DNA of 64,000 nt from the NCBI GenBank assembly GCA_963745035.1, contig CAVUVW010000013.1, positions 608,001 through 672,000 on the forward strand, in the 5' to 3' direction. The position numbers were made by a program, and so were the translations under genes. Below, piece after piece: positions 39,640-47,962 of this stretch; the first letter of the stretch is position 1, and the number at the start of each line of letters is the position of its first letter. The DNA is from an uncultured delta proteobacterium (GTDB lineage Bacteria > Desulfobacterota > Binatia > UBA9968). The notes beneath the pieces are model-generated. The model saw nothing but the letters and a program-made list of their open reading frames with translations. It was not told the DNA's origin and did not search any database.

Positions 39640-41106
39640 CTACCTGCCCTCCAAACGCAAGATCGTGCTGGCCGTCTTGAGCAGGATGCTCAGCTCGAGC
39701 GCGATGGAGCGATTCTTGATGTAGTACAAGTCGTATTGAAGTTTTTCGAGCGCGTCGCTTTCCGAAGACCCGTAGCCGAAATTGATCTGCGCCCAGCCGG
39801 TGAGTCCCGGCCTGACAATGCTCCGAGCGCCGAAGAACGGCACACGCTCGCTTAACTCCTCGACAAACTCCGGGCGTTCCGGCCGAGGGCCCACGAGCGA
39901 CATTTCACCGGTGAGCACATTCCATAGTTGCGGTAGTTCATCGATTCTGGTTTTGCGCAGCACGCCGCCGACGCGCGTAATCCTGTCGTCGCCCGGCGTC
40001 GCCCAACGAGCGCCGTTGCGCTCCGCATCGGCCACCATCGTGCGAAACTTCACGACGTGAAAGACGCGCCCATCTCTTCCGACCCGCCGTTGCCGAAACA
40101 TCACGGGCCCGGGAGACTCGAGCTTGATCGCGGCCGCGACCAAAGGAAAGCAAAGGAGAGCGGGCATTCCCAGCACCAGCGCCGCGAAAATATCGAGCGT
40201 GCGTTTGGCGATTTCAAAGCCGCGTTTGTTGAATGCTCTGACACTGCCGACGAACCATCCCTCGTTGATCAGCGAGCTCGGTATTTTTCCCGTCACCTCC
40301 TCGTACAAGTGGGTGAAATCGATCACGTGCGCGCCCGAGCACAGCAGCTTGTAGAAAAACACCCGCATCGCTTCATTGTCGCCGACCTGCCGTGTCACCG
40401 CGACAACGTCGATCTCGCGCGCAAGAACGCGCGTTTGAATGAATTCCTGTAGGACCGGCAATTCATCCTCGGCCGGATGTTCCAAAGTAAGTACATGGCA
40501 CACGTTGTAACCAAGATAGCTTTTTTGCTCCAGCAAGCTTTTCAACTCCGCCATTTCACTGCCGCTGCCGCACAGCATGACCCTCATCTTCGGGCCGATT
40601 CTGCCCCATTGCATGAACAACTGGCGGCTGGCAAACAGGAAAAAAGTGAGAAACGTCAGATCGAGAGCCAGCACGATGCGCGGCGGCATTCTGAAGACCT
40701 TGGGGGTGATCCGGAAGTAATTGACCGTATAGAAAATGGTGATTCCTATGACGCCGCAAATCGCGAGCGCCAGTGCGATTCGTTTGATTAGCTCGCGCCG
40801 CGACGTGAACCGCTCGATATCGTATAAGCCAACGCTGTAGAGGACGAAAAGCCAGACCGCATGGAGAATGTTAAAGCCGGTGAAAGTCCGGCTCATGGTA
40901 AAGTATTTCGCCACCGCGTACTCCTCCGGAAGCCATAAATCCCGCAGGAGTAAGGCGAGAAACAGGGCGCAGTTAACCAGGACGAGGTCGCATAGGCACA
41001 AAAGCACCTTCTGCAGCGGAAACGATATGAATACTCGCTGTTTGATCGCCGGCGGTGAAATACCGGATAAATCAAATTTATCCGCGACGGAACTACTCGC
41101 GTCCAT
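39640..41106 (-). CDS. Priming undecaprenyl-phosphate sugar-phosphate transferase (WcaJ/WbaP-like)
   Basis: N-terminal TM helices; KRTLDI, KFRTM, DELPQLWNVLTGEMSLVGPRPE, RPGLTGWAQ and YDLYYI motifs. Confidence 0.95.
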   Translation of the reverse strand: MDASSSVADKFDLSGISPPAIKQRVFISFPLQKVLLCLCDLVLVNCALFLALLLRDLWLPEEYAVAKYFTMSRTFTGFNILHAVWLFVLYSVGLYDIERFTSRRELIKRIALALAICGVIGITIFYTVNYFRITPKVFRMPPRIVLALDLTFLTFFLFASRQLFMQWGRIGPKMRVMLCGSGSEMAELKSLLEQKSYLGYNVCHVLTLEHPAEDELPVLQEFIQTRVLAREIDVVAVTRQVGDNEAMRVFFYKLLCSGAHVIDFTHLYEEVTGKIPSSLINEGWFVGSVRAFNKRGFEIAKRTLDIFAALVLGMPALLCFPLVAAAIKLESPGPVMFRQRRVGRDGRVFHVVKFRTMVADAERNGARWATPGDDRITRVGGVLRKTRIDELPQLWNVLTGEMSLVGPRPERPEFVEELSERVPFFGARSIVRPGLTGWAQINFGYGSSESDALEKLQYDLYYIKNRSIALELSILLKTASTILRLEGR

Positions 41107-41163
41107 GGATGCCTCCTGAAAATCTGCTCGAGCGAATTGCCGTCATACAATGCGCGGCGTCGG

Positions 41164-42315
41164 TCAACTTCCCCGCGCCACCGACCAGGTCGCGCCCTGA
41201 CGCCCGGTAAGCCAGGCGACGAAACCCCAGGCGACGGCGGCATTGCCGACAAGAAAATGCAGGGCGAAGGAAAACAATGGTCGCGGTTTGCCCAACCAGT
41301 AAAGCGCCGCACCCGTGCCCGCCGCTAACAAGAAGAGCCCGATGGCAAAACGCAGAAATGCAAACACGCCGCCATCCAAGAGAAACGGAACTGCCAGGAG
41401 ATTCAGCACCAGAAACGGGCTCACCCAGCGCAATACTTTCTTGGACGCAAACTGAAAAAGAACAAAGGGTCGCACGGGATCGAGCAAGCAACCGAGCCAG
41501 CGGGCCATGCCGTGGAACGTCCGCGCGCTGATCCTCGAGTGGCGCGCAAACTCGATGCCTACCTTCGCCGATGCCGGTTCAAGACATATCGCCGCCGGCT
41601 CGTAGAGGACTTCGTGACCTTTGCGCAGCACCTGGAGCGGGATCTCGAGATCGACCGGGGTCATCGGGTCCATGGGCTCAAAAAATTCCTTGCGAAAAGC
41701 AAAATTCCCGCCATAGGCGCCAATAACCGACCCGAGCGCGCTTTCCGCTTTTTTTACCCAGGAGTCATAGCGCATGTACAAACCTTCGCCCTGGTGCGCG
41801 GCGCCGTCCTTTGCATCGAAGTAGCGGACGACTCCAGAAACACACCCGACACGCGGGCGGGCGAAGTGACGCACGAGTTTTTTGATCGCGCTTGCGTCCA
41901 GGATTCCGTTGGCGTCGGTGAACAGCAAAATATCTCCTCGCGCTTGGGGACAGGCGGCGTTGAGCGCGGCGGTCTTTCCCGCTCTGTTCCGCCGCGCCAT
42001 GAAAGTCACGCCGCGGTTGCGGTATTCGCCGACGATGCTATCGGTCCGGTCGGTGGAGGCGTCCGAGACGACAAAAATCTCCAACCGGTCTTTGGGGTAG
42101 TCAAGCCCAAGCAGGTTCTCAATTCTTCCTCTAATGACTGCATCTTCATTGTGCGCAGCCAATACGACGGAGACCGTGGGCCACACATCCGGCGCCTCCG
42201 AATGCGGCGCAGTCTTGCGCCACCGAGCAAGCAAGACGAGCACGAGTGGATACCCGACGTAGGTGTAAAACAGCAAAGACAAGGAGCCCCAGAAAAAAAT
42301 CTCAGCCATGATCAA
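41164..42315 (-). CDS. GT2 glycosyltransferase with TM helices (CESA-like)
   Basis: AAHNED, LDYPKDRLE, SDASTDRT, GKTAALN and FTDAN motifs. Confidence 0.9.
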   Translation of the reverse strand: MIMAEIFFWGSLSLLFYTYVGYPLVLVLLARWRKTAPHSEAPDVWPTVSVVLAAHNEDAVIRGRIENLLGLDYPKDRLEIFVVSDASTDRTDSIVGEYRNRGVTFMARRNRAGKTAALNAACPQARGDILLFTDANGILDASAIKKLVRHFARPRVGCVSGVVRYFDAKDGAAHQGEGLYMRYDSWVKKAESALGSVIGAYGGNFAFRKEFFEPMDPMTPVDLEIPLQVLRKGHEVLYEPAAICLEPASAKVGIEFARHSRISARTFHGMARWLGCLLDPVRPFVLFQFASKKVLRWVSPFLVLNLLAVPFLLDGGVFAFLRFAIGLFLLAAGTGAALYWLGKPRPLFSFALHFLVGNAAVAWGFVAWLTGRQGATWSVARGS

Positions 42316-42623
42316 GCAACCTCGTCGATCGTTGCGCGATTGTTTTTGCTTCTGAGTAAAGTGCAGTTACAAATTCGCGCATGACAGAACTTTCACTGCC
42401 GCCAATGGAAAAAATGGTCTTTAATCGCCTTTACGAGACAATTTGTTTTGAAGAGTGTCAGAAAAGCATACAGATTTCGTGCAGTGAAGAGCGGGACTGA
42501 ACACATTTTCATTCGCTCTTCAAAATCATTGCGCGCTCCTGCACAAATCACTTGTCATAAAAGCCGTGCATTTTTTAAACGTTAGCTGCGCGATGGCGAA
42601 AACAACCAACAAGCTTGCGAAAA

Positions 42624-42639
42624 TGGCATATGCCTTGCT
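42624..42639 (+). promoter_or_regulatory. Sigma-54 promoter of the secreted-protein pair
   Basis: TGGCAT-ATGCC-TTGCT, about 40 nt upstream of the riboswitch. Confidence 0.82.
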
Positions 42640-42677
42640 GCATGAGCAGCGCAAATCACAATTAGAAGACAGCTCAC

Positions 42678-42780
42678 TGTGAGCCTGTTAAGAGCAAACC
42701 GCGCGAAAGCGCGGGACGCAAAGCCACTGGCCTGACTCTCCGTACGTTGAGAAAGGTCGCAGGGCTACCTGGCGAGCACA
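42678..42780 (+). ncRNA. GEMM-I riboswitch, A20 variant (candidate 3',3'-cGAMP sensor)
   Basis: A-GCAAACC-GCGC-GAAA-GCGC-GGGACGCAAAGCC-ACTGGCCTGA...AGGTCGCAGGGCTACC aligns by eye with the Vc2 aptamer. Position-20 base is A (42693). Confidence 0.92.
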
Positions 42781-42836
42781 GCACCTTCCGGGGGTCTGTG
42801 ATTCGCTTTTAGACGGAATCGCACACACTTGGGAGG

Positions 42837-44390
42837 GTGCCGATGACTTTGTTGAGCTACGCATTCAAGCGTCTGGTATTTTTCACATCATCGATTGTTT
42901 TCATAGGTTTCCTGCACGCGACGGCCGACGCCGCCTCGATTAGGCTGCTGTGGGCGGATCTATCGAGCAACGAAGACGGGTTCAGGATCGAACGCAAGCC
43001 GTCCGGCGGCAACTATGCGACGCTCGCCACCGTGGGCGCGAACGTGCAATCGTACACGGACGCCAACGCGACCGCGGGCGTGAGTTACTGTTACGTCGTA
43101 CGCTCATTTAATACCGGCGGGGTATCCGCTCCTTCAAATAGCGCGTGCGGCACGGCGCCGGCTTCCACGTCCGGCGACCCAGTCGCCAGCGGCTCGGGCT
43201 CCACGGACGGAACCGGCAGCACGGACGGTTCCAGTACCGGCGGTTCCAGCGCGCCGACAATTGCAGTTGGATCGTATAGCGGCAGCAAATGGAAAGATTA
43301 CAGCGTCAGTCTGACGATGAAATCCGCGGACAACGATTCGATCGGAGTCATGTTCCGTTACCTCGACAACGACAATTACTACCGGTTCTCGTGGCATAAC
43401 GAAACAAAAACGCAGCAGCTCGTAAAGCGCGAGAACGGCGCCTTCAAGGTTCTGGCGAAACGCACGGCGACTTACACCTCAGGAAGAAGCTATTCCCTGG
43501 CGATCAGCGCAAACGGTTCGCAGCTCAAGGTCGCGGTCGACGGCGCGACGATCTTCACCGTTACGGACACGAGCTTCGCCGACGGTACGATCGGCTTATA
43601 CTCCTCTTCCAATCAAGGCAGCTCTTTTGATAACGTCAAGGTCATCGATTTGAGCACGGAGAAAACTTTGCTCACCGAAGATTTCAGCGACGGAAACTTC
43701 GTCGGCTGGAGTATCATCGACGACCCGGCAGCAAAGAACGGCCCATCCCTTTGGTCCGTCTCCAGCGGAGTCTTGCTTCAGAAGAGCAATATCGGTTCCG
43801 GAACCAGCGACGCCCTCGGCACCTACGCCTTATTTACCCGAGGCAGTTGGACGGACTATCGCTTCAGCGTAAAGATAAAATCGACCGACAATGATTCTAT
43901 TGGCGTCATGTTTCGCTACCAGGACGATCGCAACTACTATCGATTCGTTTGGGATCCCCAGGAAAAATCCCGGCGCCTGGAAAAGCGCGTAAACGGCGTT
44001 TTCACTTCCATTGCTCACGACACAGTCCCTTACGTCACCGGCCAGACGTATCAGATCGAGATCGGCGCGAACAAAGCCGCATTACAGGTTCTGGTCAACG
44101 GCGCTTCGGTCTTCGCGGTCAACGATTCCACTTTCAGCGGAGGCACGGTCGCCCTGTACTCCAGGTTCAACAGCACAAGCATCTTCGATGACGTCATGGT
44201 TCAGGATCTATTAACGAAGACGGTCTTGCTATGGGATGATTTCAATGACGGAAATCTTCACGCCTGGACGATCATTGATGACGATGGCACCCGATCCGGC
44301 CCTTCCGAATGGTCGGTGTCCAACGGCGCGCTGGTGGAAACCAGCAACATCGGCTCCGATAGTCAACTAGGCACTTTCGCAGTATACTAG
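42837..44390 (+). CDS. Secreted protein: FN3-like domain, Gly/Ser linker and two tandem lectin/concanavalin-like (DUF1080-like) repeats
   Basis: Signal peptide ending near ATADA; LLWADLSSNEDGFRIERK...YTD...YCYVVRSFN FN3 pattern; repeated WxDY...DNDSIGVMFRY...NYYRF...FDxVxV; GGGAGG RBS. Confidence 0.85.
   Translation: MPMTLLSYAFKRLVFFTSSIVFIGFLHATADAASIRLLWADLSSNEDGFRIERKPSGGNYATLATVGANVQSYTDANATAGVSYCYVVRSFNTGGVSAPSNSACGTAPASTSGDPVASGSGSTDGTGSTDGSSTGGSSAPTIAVGSYSGSKWKDYSVSLTMKSADNDSIGVMFRYLDNDNYYRFSWHNETKTQQLVKRENGAFKVLAKRTATYTSGRSYSLAISANGSQLKVAVDGATIFTVTDTSFADGTIGLYSSSNQGSSFDNVKVIDLSTEKTLLTEDFSDGNFVGWSIIDDPAAKNGPSLWSVSSGVLLQKSNIGSGTSDALGTYALFTRGSWTDYRFSVKIKSTDNDSIGVMFRYQDDRNYYRFVWDPQEKSRRLEKRVNGVFTSIAHDTVPYVTGQTYQIEIGANKAALQVLVNGASVFAVNDSTFSGGTVALYSRFNSTSIFDDVMVQDLLTKTVLLWDDFNDGNLHAWTIIDDDGTRSGPSEWSVSNGALVETSNIGSDSQLGTFAVY
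43290..44387 (+). repeat. Intragenic tandem duplication, period 558 nt (186 aa)
   Basis: WKDY begins at 43290 and WTDY at 43848. Both units contain DNDSIGVMFRY, DFxDGN, GPSxWSVS, SNIGS and LGTxA. Confidence 0.9.
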
Positions 44391-44435
44391 AAATCAGGCG
44401 TAAGGAACTGACATCGCGAACAATCAGGAGTAGAA

Positions 44436-45740
44436 ATGAACCCTCAGTTAAAAATGGCCGTCATGTCCGGCGCGCTTTTCCTTGGCTTCCTTATTGCCGA
44501 CTCAAGCATCGCGGCAACCTACCATGTGAAAAAGTCCGGCAACGATTCCTATAGTTGCACCCAGGCGCAAAGCGCCTCGACACCCAAGCTGACAATTAGT
44601 TCCGCTCTTAACTGCATCGGTACAGGAGCAGGTGCAGGCGCAAACCATACTGTTCGGGTCTACGCCGGCACCTACGCCGAAACCATCAACAACAACTTGC
44701 CCGGCGGCACTTCATGGAACGATCCATTCACACTTGAGAGTAATCCCGGTGATGTTGTCAGCATACGACCGTCCGGATCTTGTATCATAACTATCGACCT
44801 TCGCCGATCAACGACTCAGTATGCAATTATTCAAGGCCATGGTGACGCTAAAATGGTAGTAGACGCCACGAACTGCAGTAATAACGCTATAAAGATCACT
44901 AAGTCTACTTCACACGGAACAGCGCATCACGTTCGGCTTAAAGAGTTGGAGGTTAGGAATGCGCCTAATCACGGTATTCAAATAACATCTGATTCTGCTT
45001 TTAATGAACAGATCAACTTGTGGGTGCACCATAACGGCTCTTCGGCAAACGTTGACGATACCCACGGAACTTACGTTGGCGGGCCGGACAATCTGATCGA
45101 AGGCGGACTTTACGAGTACAACTACCATAGAGGTATTCAGATCCGAGCGGGTACTAAAACTGCGCACCGCAATATCATCCGCCGAACAATTATTAGAAAT
45201 AATGGCAGAGCTCCCGGAGGGGGAGGAAACGTCGTACTCGCCGCGGGCGATGACATCCAGTTTTATAACAATATCGTTTATGGAGCTACCATTCACGGAG
45301 TGTCTGTTACCTGTTCAGGTGGTTGTCCTTCCCGAACAAAAATCTACAACAATACAATCTTTAAGAATGGGCAATATGCGATCAACTTACACGGTGTGAG
45401 CCAAACTGAGATCAAAAATAATATCTTTTGGCAAAATGGATCAGATACGGTCGCCCTCGGGCCCAGTATTGGCACAACGCAATCGAATAATTTAACCTCA
45501 GACCCAAAATTTGCCGATGTGACCAAGTATAATTTTCGCTTGGTGTCAGGCAGCCCAGCTATCGACAAAGGAGCGACCATTTCGGCAGTTAAAAACGACT
45601 TTGATGGCCGGCCGCGGCCACAAGGAGCAAGTTTTGATATTGGAGCTTTCGAATTTAATGCGACCTCGGGTGGTAGCCAGCCAATTCCGTCAGCGACTCC
45701 GCCGGCGGCTCCCGGTCAGTTAACGACAGTGACTCAGTGA
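44436..45740 (+). CDS. Secreted right-handed parallel beta-helix (pectin-lyase-like) protein
   Basis: Signal peptide, ATYHV, AGTYAE, Asn-ladder repeats (YNNIVY, YNNTIF, KNNIFW) and SPAIDKG...DFDGRPRPQG...DIGAFE tail; AGGAG RBS. Confidence 0.88.
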   Translation: MNPQLKMAVMSGALFLGFLIADSSIAATYHVKKSGNDSYSCTQAQSASTPKLTISSALNCIGTGAGAGANHTVRVYAGTYAETINNNLPGGTSWNDPFTLESNPGDVVSIRPSGSCIITIDLRRSTTQYAIIQGHGDAKMVVDATNCSNNAIKITKSTSHGTAHHVRLKELEVRNAPNHGIQITSDSAFNEQINLWVHHNGSSANVDDTHGTYVGGPDNLIEGGLYEYNYHRGIQIRAGTKTAHRNIIRRTIIRNNGRAPGGGGNVVLAAGDDIQFYNNIVYGATIHGVSVTCSGGCPSRTKIYNNTIFKNGQYAINLHGVSQTEIKNNIFWQNGSDTVALGPSIGTTQSNNLTSDPKFADVTKYNFRLVSGSPAIDKGATISAVKNDFDGRPRPQGASFDIGAFEFNATSGGSQPIPSATPPAAPGQLTTVTQ

Positions 45741-46965
45741 GCTTGCAGTGTGATTTGAAAACTTCAGCAAGGCGCTGTCCGTTTTTCCACATATCGAAAC
45801 TCTGTTCGGCGTAGTTGCGAGCCTGCCGGGCATAAGAAATTCTGCGGCCTTCATCGGTCAACAACGATTCTATAGCATCAGCTAACGCAGTTACATTTTT
45901 CGGCGGTACCAGGACTCCGCGTTTGCCGTTGCCCAGCAGTTCGGGAATCCCAGCAACGGTCGAACCGAGCACCGTCGTGCCCACTGCCATCGATTCTTTG
46001 ATCACGTTCGGGACGCCGTCCCCCAGATCCGGAGAGGGATGAACCAAAAGCATCGCTTGACTGATCGCCGCCGGAACCTGGTCAGCCGGAAGCCAACCGC
46101 GAAATCTAATTTGGTCGACGATATCGAGATCGTGTGCTAAAGACCGGAGCAACTCTGCTTGCTCGCCGTCGCCGACCAGATCAACGGTGACGTTAACACC
46201 GCGAGTCTTAAGCAAACCAACCGCTCGTAACAGATAGTCGAAACCTTTTTGCTCGACGAAGCGGCCCACGGCGATAATTGTTCCCGGCGTTCGATCATCG
46301 AGCCCCATTGGCACCGTCCCGAAATCCAGCCCGTGATGGTGTACGAATATCTTCTCCTTAATTACTTCCTGAACATCAGAAAACCTCTCCGCAATAAAAT
46401 TGCGGTTGAACTCGCTACAGGTGATGATCTGGTCGGCGTACAGCATTTTGCACTTCATGAAAATCGGCCTTCGGTACAAATCGACGTTTGCATGCAGAAA
46501 AAGTGAGAAGGGATTCGAGACTCCGGACAATCGATGATACAGGTACGCGCACGTGGCGGGATAATTACCCCAATATGCCAGGACACGATCGTAATTGTTC
46601 GGGTACATTTGCGCCCACGCCCACGCCTTTAGGAACACGTAACTACTCTTCGCTAACGGTTGCAGTCCGTATTGGAGCGCGGATGCGCTGATCGAAAACG
46701 TGTCCGCCAAAAATTGCGTCAGCTTTTTGGGTGGCCAGGAATAGAAACCCCTGATGCAATCGCGCATCGAGAGATGGTGCACCTTACTGGGGGGCAATAC
46801 CTTCTCGTTGAGGAGCTCGGGAACATACTTCCACAGGCTCGAGTCCAGGGGATAGATCGGAAATACCTCGACGTCGATCCCGGCGTCGATCAATCCGCGG
46901 ATATCCCGGGCGAAAAACGTGGCTGTGCGGCCGGGGAACTGATTGGTAAAAACAGCGAGTCGCAT
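45655..46965 (-). CDS. GT4 glycosyltransferase
   Basis: AVGRFVEQKG and HPSPDLGDGVPNVIKESMAVG motifs. The 3' end overlaps the convergent beta-helix gene by 86 nt. Confidence 0.9.
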   Translation of the reverse strand: MRLAVFTNQFPGRTATFFARDIRGLIDAGIDVEVFPIYPLDSSLWKYVPELLNEKVLPPSKVHHLSMRDCIRGFYSWPPKKLTQFLADTFSISASALQYGLQPLAKSSYVFLKAWAWAQMYPNNYDRVLAYWGNYPATCAYLYHRLSGVSNPFSLFLHANVDLYRRPIFMKCKMLYADQIITCSEFNRNFIAERFSDVQEVIKEKIFVHHHGLDFGTVPMGLDDRTPGTIIAVGRFVEQKGFDYLLRAVGLLKTRGVNVTVDLVGDGEQAELLRSLAHDLDIVDQIRFRGWLPADQVPAAISQAMLLVHPSPDLGDGVPNVIKESMAVGTTVLGSTVAGIPELLGNGKRGVLVPPKNVTALADAIESLLTDEGRRISYARQARNYAEQSFDMWKNGQRLAEVFKSHCKLTESLSLTDREPPAESLTELAGYHPRSH

Positions 46966-46971
46966 ATGAAG

Positions 46972-47952
46972 TTACAACATCTCCTGCGATGAGTTGGGTT
47001 TCCGCAGAACGAGCGTGCAGCCGCGCGTGCGAAGGTCCTCGGAATCAAGCGCTCGATATCGGCTGGACAACTGCATGGAGGGAAGCCCCGATTGGCCGTA
47101 GTCGCTTTTGATTTCGAGTATCTCAAAGGGCGCCTTTTTGGCCAGCCTGAGATGAGTGCTTACCGGTTCTCGATTGAGCAGAAACTCCCGGCGCCCGCGA
47201 ACAAGGCGCCATTGCCAATCCGTGTATGCGCGGTGGCCGTTCCAATAGGGAGACAGGTTGTGGGCGGCGAAATCGATCACGTGCGAAGCATATCCGCCCG
47301 GCTTCAACCATACTGCGGTGGCTGCGTAGGTATCGTCCAGATCGTCAACGTGCTCGAGCACAGCCTGGGAAAAGATCAGATCGAGAGAGCCGGCCGCTAT
47401 GACGCTTGGAGAGTTCCATGGGGCGCGGTAGGTGATTAAGGCGCTGGCGCCCAAGCCTTCGCTGAGCTGGCGCCTGATAGCGTCGGCGCGCCCGGCAAGA
47501 TCCGAAAAGCTTACCAAGTGTTGCGGAAACGCATACGAGGTCAATCTCGGCCGCACGCGGGGAAATTCGTCATGATCCGGTATTGCCTCGCGCCTGGCAT
47601 AAAGCTCGACCAGCTCTTCGAAGATGGCCCGGAGGTTGGCTTTCGCCGAAAACGGCACGATATCGAGGCCGACGTAGCTGCTTGCTCCCGAGAGCAGGGC
47701 CGCCAACCCGATTCCTATGCTGTCGCCCGGCCCTAATTCGCCGACTGTCGCGTGATGAACACTGAATCCGTGGGAGCTCAACACGGTCAAATGACGCAAC
47801 CAAACCGAGTAGCAGTATCGAGCGGAGTCGGTTCCCGACGTCGCCGCGCGCTTTTGGCGCAGCCGATTGAGCGCCGGGACCTGGGTCAAGATCCCTTTCA
47901 TGATATGCGCCGTTTTCCAGGTATGAAGCATGGGACCGTACGTTGAAGTCAC
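46972..47952 (-). CDS. Class I SAM-dependent methyltransferase
   Basis: GELGPGDS, DLIFSQAVLEHV and WLKPGG motifs. Confidence 0.82.
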   Translation of the reverse strand: MTSTYGPMLHTWKTAHIMKGILTQVPALNRLRQKRAATSGTDSARYCYSVWLRHLTVLSSHGFSVHHATVGELGPGDSIGIGLAALLSGASSYVGLDIVPFSAKANLRAIFEELVELYARREAIPDHDEFPRVRPRLTSYAFPQHLVSFSDLAGRADAIRRQLSEGLGASALITYRAPWNSPSVIAAGSLDLIFSQAVLEHVDDLDDTYAATAVWLKPGGYASHVIDFAAHNLSPYWNGHRAYTDWQWRLVRGRREFLLNREPVSTHLRLAKKAPFEILEIKSDYGQSGLPSMQLSSRYRALDSEDLRTRGCTLVLRKPNSSQEML

Positions 47953-47962
47953 GGAAGGCTTA

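Noticed and set aside
43190-43250. Short direct repeats of the GGC-TCC/AGC-ACG-GAC-GG type
   Set aside because: They encode a GSTDG Gly/Ser linker in frame; this is not a CRISPR array or mobile repeat.
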